A stretch of DNA of 64,000 bases from NCBI GenBank assembly GCA_040954595.2, contig CM082596.2, forward strand, positions 4,023,025 through 4,087,024, given 5' to 3'. Both the position numbers and the translations under genes were made by a program. This document shows, piece after piece, positions 43,201-54,500 of the stretch. The notes beneath the pieces were generated by a model. It made no database searches. It worked only from the letters and a program-made list of their open reading frames with translations, and had not been told where the DNA came from. Numbering within the stretch: position 1 is the stretch's first letter; the number at the start of each line of letters is the position of its first letter. This DNA comes from Balanoglossus misakiensis. Its lineage: Eukaryota; Animalia; Hemichordata.

Positions 43201-46200
43201 GGGCAAGTCTGAATACGGAGTGCTCATCAGGAGAGAGAAAGATAAACTCGCTAAAATCGTGTCTTTCCGTACTCATGACCAACCAAGGAGCGAAAAAGTC
43301 GTTATTTGGGCCGTAATAAAACGTTTTTGTCGTCGAGGAGTGAATAAAGAACGGTCAGATCGTTGCGGTGCAAACTCTTATTTGCACCGCAGCGGTGCGA
43401 ACTCTTATTTGCACCGCTGCGGTGCAAATAAGAATTGGCACCGCTGCGGTGCAAATAAGATCATGGTAGTTATGCTGCAATATAGTGCGGTAAATTTTCG
43501 ACTTTTGCCTGTACAAATCCTGGTGGCGAATGGTTCAGGAAGGCTAGGTTTTTACCTGAAGGAGTCAACTGATGTTGGTTCGAGACCATTTTTTTTCCAT
43601 TTCTTTTTTTTGTGAGAACTTTTAACGACATTATCATTGTAATTTTTATCATTTTCATAAATCCAATTCATTTCAATATCTACTCTGCGTTTTTTATCTG
43701 TCGGGTATAAGAAACATGCAGGAAAACTTGGTCATTTTTTTTGTCGCGGTTCACTTGGGCAAGTCTGAATACGGAGTGCTCATCAGGAGAGAGAAAGATA
43801 AACTCGCTAAAATCGTGTCTTTCCGTACTCATGACCAACCAAGGAGCGAAAAAGTCGTTATTTGGGCCGTAATAAAACGTTTTTGTCGTCGAGGAGTGAA
43901 TAAAGAACGGTCAGATCGTTGCGGTGCAAACTCTTATTTGCACCGCAGCGGTGCGAACTCTTATTTGCACCGCTGCGGTGCAAATAAGAATTGGCACCGC
44001 TGCGGTGCAAATAAGATCATGGTAGTTATGCTGCAATATAGTGCGGTAAATTTTCGACTTTTGCCTGTACAAATCCTGGTGGCGAATGGTTCAGGAAGGC
44101 TAGGTTTTTACCTGAAGGAGTCAACTGATGTTGGTTCGAGACCATTTTTTTTCCATTTCTTTTTTTTGTGAGAACTTTTAACGACATTATCATTGTAATT
44201 TTTATCATTTTCATAAATCCAATTCATTTCAATATCTACTCTGCGTTTTTTATCTGTCGGGTATAAGAAACATGCAGGAAAACTTGGTCATTTTTTTTGT
44301 CGCGGTTCACTTGGGCAAGTCTGAATACGGGAGTGCTCAGCAGAGAGAAAGATAAACTCGCTAAAACCGTGTCTTTCCGACCGCATGACCAACCAAGGAG
44401 CGAAAAAGTCGTTATTTAGGCCGTAATAAAACGTTTTTGTCGCCGAGGAGTGAATAAAGAACGGTCAGATCCGCTACCAGTACATGTATACACATTTGTC
44501 CTCTTGGCGAAAAGGTTGAAGGGCCCAATGTTGGAGAGGCCTCGTCAGCCCGTGCAATTTCTGCCGCCAAAATACCCAGGTCAGTAAAAATTAGTGCTCG
44601 TACTTTCTGATGAAGATTCCGTGTTCGGTTCTTGATATTCGTTCCAAAAAAGTGTATTGATGATGTTGCTCTGGCAGAAACGATAGCTTATATTATCTTT
44701 CTTTTCTTCATCAAGGTCATCAAAATCTGTGACAAAGATTGAAAAATTTCACAGAAAAGGGTCATTAATCGTTCAATGTCGCAATCATCGCTACATAATA
44801 CATGACTTGTTGATGTACAGAAAACTAAGTATAAGCTTATTTGGGGAAACAATATGGAGAAGGTCAAGAAATTGTACTCGGTACACAAAAACAAAAACTA
44901 CTGAAAAAAAGGCCAAAGATACAGATATTGGCCATTCAAACAAAATAAACTGAAACTAGAATGACAGATAGTGTTCATACTTACAAAACAATCGAGAAAT
45001 TGGTTCCAGCGCAATGTCATCTTCGTTCAAGGAGTCGGAACATTTGTTTGGTGGAGACACTTCAATAACCAAACATTTCAAATTCTGGAAATCGTCTGGC
45101 TGACATTTTACACCACGGGCCGTTTGTTTGAGAGTTTCAATGGTCCTGTGTTGGGAGTATCTAGTTCCTGTATGTTGATGACATTATATGAACCTAAGAC
45201 AAACTTACAGCTATAACTACCACACAGGGGATGGCAATTTCAAAGTGCAACGTATGAGGGACTCAAACCTTCTGACTGGCACATACGCAAATGCATGCAA
45301 CGACATCAACATTTCATCTGCTGTTTACTGCACTGGTCTGATTCTCTGTTGGGCCGAAAACAGTGCCACCATTGGATTGTTAATCGAAAACGGGCACCCT
45401 GCGAGACTTCAAAGTATGAAAATGTCAAATATGAATATTTCTACGTTCGTTTACGTGTAGTTTCGTTGTGCCACATTCTTTGAAAATTCCAGGATCAAAA
45501 TGGATCACGGGTATGGATATCGTACAGCAAATTATGTATCCTTATTACGTTAAACTCGATGACGTACCTGGCACTTCGCACGCCTGCAGCTTGTACGTGT
45601 TGTCCTCTTGTCGACTGTAGATGTTATATTTACACTCTGCCAGAGGACACCAATCGATGCACATGGAAATTTCAGCATCACCATAATGGCCCCTACCGTT
45701 AGACATGTAATCTTTTCTTTTCGTAACACTCTGGACAATGAATGATTCTGGACGACCAAAGCCGGGCCTGGCTCTCTTCCCGCCAGCTCTACCGGCGTCA
45801 TCTGTCTTCACGTTGAACCTATACTGTCTCTCTCCCCTGACGTTTCTGAAATGAAACGGGTGGCATAAACTGTAGTAGAAAGAGTGTGCATTGGGTTTCA
45901 CAGCTAACATTCCTTCCACGCGAAGAAACCACACGTTCTCTTCCTCAGTGAACGATTCTTAGTGGACAAGTCGACACACACGAACAAAAATTGGCTTATT
46001 GAAGTGAGCCGAACATACCCGTGAATCCATAACTTTCCGATCAATATAGCAATATAATTTCCGCCGCCATCCGCACCATCGTCAAGCTCCATGTTGTAAA
46101 AATTAAACGGAGTCTCGCCTATGTCTTCGAACACCCGGATGTCATGCTGTTTCATGACCTCGTATGGTCCTACTGACAGGCCGTTGGCGGTAAACGTGAA

Positions 46201-48785
46201 GTCCCTTCTAATCTCTTCTCCTTCTTTCAGTTCTTTGCGTTCCGGGTAGACAAACGCGGTCACCACTACGCCAGCATTTCCCCGCGGTACTCTCCAGAAC
46301 AGCCATGCGTAGTTGTCACGGAGCTCGTCGCAATGAAACGCATAACAGCTCAAGTCGGGCGTTGGGTTCCCTGAGACTGTCGATAAAAAAACATCTTACA
46401 ATATCTTGAAAGTGTATAGGATGTAGAAGTACAGCAATTTTATGGGTCATCTGCCGCGATTGGCGTGATAATAACGTTGAAGTAGTCTCTAAAACACACC
46501 TGTTGTTCTCCAGGCGCTCTCGCCAATACTTCCATCGGTTGAAACTTCATCACGATCCCGTCGCCATGGCAATACTTTACTAACCACATCATGTCGGTCA
46601 GGGACACCTACAATCAAATGACGGTCTTTTAGCAAGGTGGTCTGGTCACCATCATCTCATGGTACAGAAACAATGACCACAGAAAACGTCCACACGCGGA
46701 ATATAAGAAACCAAAACCACAACGCTCATCATGCAAATTCGGCATTCCGCCAATTATGTAGGTGAAAGGCCGCTAAATTGTATTTTGTCAGGAATGATCG
46801 AATATTCGTACTTCCACATGGAACATGTGGATTAGCTTGCTGACTGTGCGCGTCTTTGACCAAATAACATTGGAGTTCTCTCAAATTTCTAATTTACCCG
46901 ATAAACTAATCGACTCGAGTATGTTAACTTGTGCTTGGCATTCCAAACTGTGAGTAATCGTTTCTTATTAGAAAAAAGGTGATATTAAACAATACCTAAT
47001 CGCCGATTCTGAAGCATTTCCTTTGCCTTCTTGTCTTTATGTGTCTGTTTGAAACCTGCCTTCTTTGCCGTGCTCTTCCCAGCAGATCGTTTTGCCCTCT
47101 GGTGTACTTTCTGCATGATTTCTTCCTCGGTCGAGTCGAAACAGTTTGCCTCCATGAAAAGGTTTGCCGAGACGAGGGACTTCCACACGGCACCACTTCT
47201 GAAACACAACATCCCGCCACTTATCCCGCCGTACATTTCGGTCCCCGAGGTGTTCCCGTAGTCATACAGGAGTTTCTGCAAGATGTAATCTTCATTTTCT
47301 TCGAACGCGGGCAGACCTCCATCCGCGGTTGACCTCAGTATTCTGTCTCTTTCGTTTATGTAATTAGGTGGGAAGACTATTCCTTCAGTGGCGTCATCTG
47401 TGCGGTTTGTCATAGTGTTGCCAAGGTCACCAACGCAAACCATGTCTTCATCGGCCAAATTCCCAACAACAGCGAAAATGTTTAGAAAATTTCGCAATGG
47501 AGGCAGTAGGGACAGCTTCAAACGTGGGCCTGACTTGCCATCAATGCTCAGGCATATGTCCCCGACCGTCGCTTTGTTCCTGCTGAGGAGGGTAAAGTTG
47601 GTGGCGCCACCATTGGATACCTATAATGGAAATACAGTTTAGTGATAATGCATTTTAACCTGTGATGTCAATTATCAGCTATAATGTGCACGTCACCCAC
47701 TGAAAACCTTCATTTTACTCACCTCGTTAGTCTTGAGACAGTTGTCGTAAGTTTGGTCTCCTGGCAGTGACTGCAGACACCGTTTGTAGTTTTCAAAGAC
47801 ATTCGTCAAATAAATCTGGCCGTCTGTGTCGTTACTTCGCTGCAAGAAGTCTGAGGAATCCGCATGTGTCTTTCCGCCGAGGTTTTCCAGAAACGTAAAC
47901 GGGTTTAGCTGAGCCAAAAACTGAGATATTGTACCCCAGTCTGATTCCGAGCGGATGGTGACGCAGAGGTACGTCAGGGGCTGATCACCAGGGCTGTTGA
48001 ACCATCCCCACGTCTCGGGGTCATCCAGCTTTTGGCCATTTGCACTCGGTGGAAAGAAGGGGTCACTGTGGACGAGCCAGAACCCAGTTTCACTCTCTGG
48101 ATCAAATGCCACGAACCCGCTGGACACTGCACTGTGATCACGGATCGGGAAAGTGTCGATCAGTCGATTGAGCTCATTGGTGTAACCGAAATAGAAGAGA
48201 GAGTTGGCGGTCTGTAGCTTTGCCGCGAAGGCAGAAAATGTGGTTGTCAGTGGCGATTCTCCAATATCAGGTCTTCCAAAAATTTTCGGCTGCTCATTTT
48301 GCTGCTTCTGTTGGCCGGGTGCATCGTAGTAATCGAAGTCGGCGAAGTCTGCTGGCTTATACATCAGCCACCAATCAACCGTCGCTGAGCGCCCACCACG
48401 TGGTTTGCATCCAATCTCTTGTGATGCTGCGCGATTTAGAGGATTGTCTGAAAGGTACCATACGTATTTCACTCAAAATGGCATACATCACATTGTTTAA
48501 TGTTTTAATAGGTCTGATATGCGAACATATGTGCCGTTCTTGCAAGATGAATGTTTCAAATACGAACCCGAAATGTGAAAGCACTCCTTTTGACACTTCG
48601 ATGTAACTCTGTGTATGTTCCTAAAGAACAAGACAATTTATGTGGAAGGTCCGGGCTGCAACAAACTTACCTTCATAAGATGGTGTTTGTGAATCGCGGC
48701 CGCCATCTTCCGATATTTTCGCAGTTTCGCCCGACTTGAAAAGAAGCGGGTACACGAAACACATTGAAAGAATCAGCCTTATCAT
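34247..48785 (-). CDS. Secreted multidomain nuclease precursor, paralog B (about 1213 aa): signal peptide + DNase II-like domain + unknown domain + DNA/RNA non-specific endonuclease
   Basis: Exons 48785-48671 (MIRLILSMCFVYPLLFKSGETA), 48447-47723, 47620-46996, 46607-46500, 46376-46019, 45845-45568, 45167-44985, 44726-44604, 36172-35974, 35818-35700, 35366-35211, 35024-34730, 34604-34247 sum to 3642 nt in frame. Motifs VDWWLMYKP, FWLVHSDPFFPP, CVGDL (DNase II); RAKR and KRRRR; FATLY, HKGHLNP, NAAPQLGSFNSGPWREIE (His-Me nuclease). Confidence 0.8.
36411..44471. repeat. Tandem array of about 14.5 units of about 555 bp inside intron 8 of paralog B
   Basis: The unit landmark ATGCAG recurs at about 36522, 37076, 37632, 38187, 38742, 39298, 39855, 40383, 40938, 41494, 42049, 42605, 43160, 43716 and 44272. 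Units are near-identical and each full unit has 27-bp subrepeats containing GCACCGC(A/T)GCGGTGC. Confidence 0.97.
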
Positions 48786-51289
48786 GATGTCATCTGCAGA
48801 TTAACATAAAAAGATTCACCAAAGATAGTTGAGGGGCGGGAGGAACGGGGAAGGGGTGCTTGTATGATTTTAAGTGATGCAAGTCACAGTCACATCACTG
48901 TACCAAGAATTCAAAAGATCTGTTTTCATTTTACAAAACACAGTTACACAGGATACAACGTCCTCTTGTGGATATTTGACCTCGGTGAGATCCGAGATTC
49001 TAAAGCTGATCCCAAGGATGATGAAATTCCGTGTTTACTCAGTTTCAGTACATGTATTACTTCAGTTGGACAGCTCACAAACAGACAATGTTTATCATCC
49101 CAAAGACGTTGCTAGACCTTTGAAAGCTGAAAGTGCCGTTTGTTTACGCGGAGAAAATCGTGGTCAGAGGTTATACCTCCATGTAGTTTATCTTTGTCTT
49201 CCCGTTTTCTTCGTGGTGTCAGTAGATGTACTCCAGTGATTCACCGAATCAGAGTGTTTAGACATGGTGCCGTTGTTTACATGATACGACCACCAGCTCT
49301 ATTTGGTACAGCGTTTCGGGCTTTTGCTCTTCCTTGCTTTGTTTTCAACACTCTGTCGATCACCACGATCAAGTCTGTTTGGGAAACAATTCACGAACTC
49401 GGTGACGACAGACTTGGTAGCCTGAATAACTTGTCCCTCCCTCACGCGGACAATTATCATAAAATTAAATAGCTCACCTGTTAGATGGTGTGTCCAGGTG
49501 TTAGATGTTCGAATCAAAAGGATGAATCACACATCTGGCACTCGCATTGTCCAAATTTAGCCCAGTCTAACGGATGATGTGTGGTACTGGTGTATACCGG
49601 ACCCTCTCCTCTCCCGGAACTGGTCAGATATGGTAGGAATGGAGTCTTTCTTTCGTCAAGAGGTGGGTGTTTATGTATACTTAACATACTTGGAAATAGC
49701 TAGGTCTCGCCGATCATGGAAAACAGAGCTAAATCAGCTGAGAGAGTCAGTCAAGAGGGGTATATATCATGGCTGCGCGTAAACAAAATGTCAGGCAGCT
49801 GGACTGAGTCTGATCCTCAACAGACCTGTCCCAGTAATGCATCTACTCCCCGCGAGTCAATTGCTTCACAATTCCAATTTCTCTACTGACTGCATGCGCC
49901 ACGCACGGGATCTGGACAGGACGTGCTACTGTGTTCAACAAACTTTAATGAAAAGTGGAAGTTCAATAGCCCTTGGTTCATCGACAGCGCGGAAGAAGTG
50001 ATGAGAAACATCTAGGTTTCAATCATGTGAGACGATTGTCGTGTCATTCACGTAGTAAAACAACAGAATGTCAAGGCATAATGTACCGTTGATTTCTCCT
50101 TACTTTCCCATCCACGGTCACATGTGAGGTTTTTAAACTTACACTGGCCAGGATTTCTCTCCACAACTAGTCGTGAGGTCGTAGAAGTTAGTAACAAAAT
50201 GACGTTCAGCGCATTTTGCTGAAATCTCATATACACTATGTACACAGTTCTGGCAGTTATGGGGTCGTTGTATATACGCAGTGAACTGCACCAGGATTAT
50301 TTTGATCGGCCTGTCGCTGCTCAGATGGCCTTTTCAGATGATCAAATGTATAAAACAACACAATGTAAACACACAGACTGGGGACAGTGAACTCGGTAAA
50401 CTCGAGAAGCTTAAAACTGTGCCAAACGATGCCCCCGGACCAATGCCACACGTGTCCAAAGTCTTGATTGGTTAAAGATTGCGATGACGTCATCACAAGT
50501 CAACTTTTTACTGCTCTATATAGTTGATGGCTGAATTATGGTTAACGCAGACTGTCTGGGAGATAACCGTTGTTTGCTTTACATGGTGTCATAGTATAAA
50601 CACATGAAACCACACGCGGTGTCTGCAGCCGGCAAGTGAACCCAATAAAAAGAGAAACTGTAATGATTTGTCGTGTTTAAAGACCCATACTCGTTGATGT
50701 GAACAATTCTATAGATATAAACATTTCCCCCTTCTTTGCACTCAGTTTTGGGTATAAACCACAAACACATTGGAAAGTTATCGCATTTTCTTTCATTACA
50801 AAATCGGTTAACATTATTGGCTCTGCATTGGTTATAATTTCATGAATTACAAATTAATGAATGTGTAAAAATATGCTTTTTATAATTGACCGCGCACTAT
50901 TGCTATGTCTGTTCTTGGGCGGACTTCATGAAATTCTCAAATACCAGAAATGTTGCTCTTCTGTAAAATTGTGTCGTATATGCAGTTAATATTTAATAAT
51001 AACAATGACTAAGAATATAAACTGAAAGTCCTAAAAACCGTTAGATAAAAAGGCAAGGTTAAAAAGACGTGTTTTCAGCATAAAAGACGAATGTTGAGCA
51101 TTCGATAAAAATTGATCAGAAACACTTACAGTCTAGTCCCCATCGCCATCTTGTTTTAGTCCTACGGGCCTATACCTAGTAGATGTCAGTGTTCTGTTGT
51201 ACAATGTACATATTATCTTTTCGTTTGAAATTTGACCAACTAAGAAAGAAACTTCGTGATTCATGCATGATGGGGTAAGATCCGGTACT

Positions 51290-51550
51290 TTACTTGCTGC
51301 CTGTCTTTTTGGTGCCTCTTGTTGCTGTTGCCCTCGTTGTCGGTCTTGCTGTTGCCCGCGTTGTCGGTCTTGTTGTTGCCCCGCCGCGCGCTGCCGTTTT
51401 TGCTGCAGCCTTTGCTGCAGCCTTTGCCGCCGGTTTTGCTGCAGCCTTTGCCGCCGGCTTCTTGGGCGCTGCTTTCTTGGCCTTCTTCTTCGGCGCCGCC
51501 TTTTTCTTGGCCTTCGTCGTCTTACCGGTTGCTTTGGCTGGTGCTGCGCC
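51290..51550 (-). other. Histone-H1-like Lys/Ala/Pro-rich and Thr/Arg-repeat C-terminal tail of paralog A
   Basis: AAPAKATGKTTKAKKKAAPKKKAKKAAPKKPAAKAAAKPAAKAAAKAAAKTAARGGATTRPTTRATARPTTRATATRGTKKTGSK lies in frame after the nuclease domain. Confidence 0.8.
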
Positions 51551-54500
51551 GACGAAGTGTCTGACCTCCTTGAGTCTGCAACTGGAGGTGTTGGGAATCG
51601 TTGTCAAATCGACGGGCGTTGCGTTAGTCTTACAGTCATCCTCTTTATCAGGAAAGAGCGAGTCAGCCCCTTTGTAAAGCCACTGCTCCATTTCGACCAT
51701 CGTCTTGATCTCTATTCGCTCTTCTCCAGCCGCGAGGACTTCTTTGTTCGTCCCCCGAAATGCCAGATACTTTTTTTTGTCGGGATCACACATCACGGTC
51801 CAGAAGAATTCGGGATATTCGAGGCTGGAACGAATCAGAATACAGACAACGCTTTTTAATTCAACGAAAGCGAGAGATTTTTCTTCGGATCATCAGTAGG
51901 ATCAAAAGGTCATGTTTGAAAATAATGCCAGAAATGTTGGACCTGTGAACCATGACAAAATTATTACATGCAGTGTACATGCTTACGTTGAACCTGGGAC
52001 TTTCTTTGATGTCGAGTACGGGATAACGCCGGTCAGGATATACACGGGTCCGTCGGTGGGCTTCCTCAGGTACCAAACATAATGAGCAAGGAGACACTCC
52101 ATCTCTCTCCATGACTTTCTGTTGAAGACCCCGAGTTGCGCGGCGGCGTTAATCAGCAGAAAAGTGGCCCTCATTTTGTCGATATCGAAGCTGTTGATAT
52201 AGGCTGGATTTAAGTGCCCCCTGTCCCATTTTCGCGGATTACCTTCGTTGGCCTTATCGTAATCACCGTTGGCTGTCTGGCGCTCTGCAAAAGAACATTA
52301 AATATAAATTCGTGACGTCAACTTTCATAAAATTAAACCCTCATACTTTTTCTTCTCAATTTTACAAGCACGGTCTTCTCCATCGGCACGCCGGAGTGCC
52401 CGCACACGACTGAATCTTTCAGTCCAGGTCTTTTCTTAAGAAAATAAAACATTTATTCACTTTAGGACAACATTTACAACCCCCTCGGCTCTATCCTCAA
52501 TCTCCTGTCTGATTGCTCTGAAATTAGCTTCACATTTTGCTTTGGGGATGACGTTTACAAACTGTGACGTCATTGTGATTTGGCAAACGTTTTGTTTGGG
52601 CCTAAAGATCTATTTGTTTATCTGCCTTTAACGTGGTGAACAAGTTCAGAAATCATATATTTCTAGTGTTATGTACCTACCTTTACATTCCAGTTTGTCA
52701 GCACAATCAACCTTCTTGCCGTTGAGTGGCGTCACTTCCTTGCTTCCTTTAGAATGAGATACAGGACCAAGATCTTTGCACGCGTTAGTCGTATCGTACA
52801 GGGCCTCCTTTTTAGATGTCTGACACAAACCTGCAAAGCATTCATTACCAAGGATATTGGAAGGCGTTCAAAATCAACATTGCAGAAGGTAAACATGCAA
52901 TCGCAATGACAACAATTGTTCAGTCCCCTTGTCGGAATTCTTTACAAGATGGAAGATATAAATGTAAAGGTATGATCTACAAAGTTTTCTTTTCTTTTCG
53001 CACAACCTGGTTTTGCCACGTGACCTCGCTGATCAGAACTACCTTACCGGCTTCATAGCGACCCCACAGTTTCCTGTCATCGCCAACGGCTTTGCGGGCA
53101 AGGCGCTTAGCCCCAACCGGGGGAGTTACCGCCGTATACGCACAGTATTCTGCCACCCTGCAATGGAGATTCTAATATCAAATTGTTGTTTACTCAATTG
53201 CTTCTTGGATGCAAATGTTAGTTTGATTTCCAATGCCACAAACAACAAGGTATAAAGTCGTGACACAACAAAGCTATGCATGATGGTCATACATTCAAAA
53301 CTTCGGAAAAAAATTGGTCTGAGAAAATGAACGTGAAATGCGTAAGGCTAACCAGGAAAGGCGTCTCTATCTCGTACGTATTCGATAAGCGTTTCCGATT
53401 ATAAAATCGTTTGCACCAAAGTCCGTCAAGAAAGAGGCACTGCTGCAGAATCCTCAAGTTCCCTTCTCCCTCTCTTCTCCCCTCCCCTCCCCTTCCCTAT
53501 ACCCGCCCTCATGTCTTACTTTAGGTCTGTGTTGAACAAAGTGGCGAAGCAGTATTGATTTTTCGCGCAGTCGTGACAGATTTGCACCCTTTTGCCAGCT
53601 ATGGTAGATTCTGGCCATTTTCCCCCTGCAAAGTAGTCGTTGCAATGCGGGTCGGTTCCTTCGTCGCGAACTTCTCTGCGTTTCCTATTTGCCGCTTCTT
53701 CCTCTTAAATGATAAACACACAATGATTAGAAGGTCATCATTAATGCTCATCAAATGCGCCAAGCAGTAAATAATGTGAACAGGTGATTTATATAATGGA
53801 AGCGAAAAATAACAGTGCCCACAGAAGCTGTGATACATAGTATTCTGCTGCGCTCGAGAAAGTAGTGCCGCAGAACACGCCGCATCACCGGATGTACGGC
53901 ATAGATCGTGCGCAGAGTCAAAGAGTTCTCTCAGATTTACCTTCCGACGGGTAGATAACATCCGGCGCTATATAGTCACCGTAAAACAGAAGATTGATTA
54001 TATTGCTCTGGCAAAAACGATACTTAACAAAGGCCAAGTCTTCCTTTTCGAAATCCTCAAAATCTGTGGAAAAAATACAGGAACGTTGTAGTGGCAGTTA
54101 CATATAAGGCCTATGCAGTAACATAACATAAATTTGAAACTTCCACAATGGGTGACAGTGTCTGATAGTAGGAGTTATACAATTCAATACAGTTTGATTG
54201 TTTGGGATTTTGGCAGTTATGGAAATTGTGGTATTCTTCGAAGAGCCCTCTTAGATAACAGTAGTAATTGGCAGCTACTGTTGGCGCACACGCACTGTCC
54301 ACAGCTTGTAATAGTCAAGTATATGTGGTCAGAGCTCCAGTAATTCCATTTTTTGTCATAGTGGGACTGTAATACGTGTACATGTACACACATATTTGCA
54401 AAAGCAAGCTAACAGATCGACAGTTGTGATAGCTTACCGAAAATAAGAGAATATGGTTCGAGAGCGACGTCATCTTTGTCCCACGTGGTTTTGCAAGTCG

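Noticed and set aside
36724-44020. CRISPR-like appearance of palindromic 27-bp repeats
   Set aside because: There are no unique spacers, no cas genes, and the context is a eukaryotic intron.
36551-44214. Repeated 137-183 aa plus-strand and 62-88 aa minus-strand ORFs in the array
   Set aside because: They are by-products of the tandem repeat. Homopolymer indels shift frames between units, there is no recognisable domain, and the array is intronic.
45290-45408. Exon-like segment in paralog B intron 6
   Set aside because: It has stops in all three frames and is not needed for the in-frame model.
51263-51859. Cys/Arg-rich and Ala-rich plus-strand ORFs
   Set aside because: Antisense shadows of the Lys/Ala-rich tail exon of nuclease paralog A.
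54111-54366. Exon-like segment in paralog A intron 7
   Set aside because: Using its acceptor in the required phase gives an immediate TGA, there is no counterpart in paralog B, and the gene is in frame without it.
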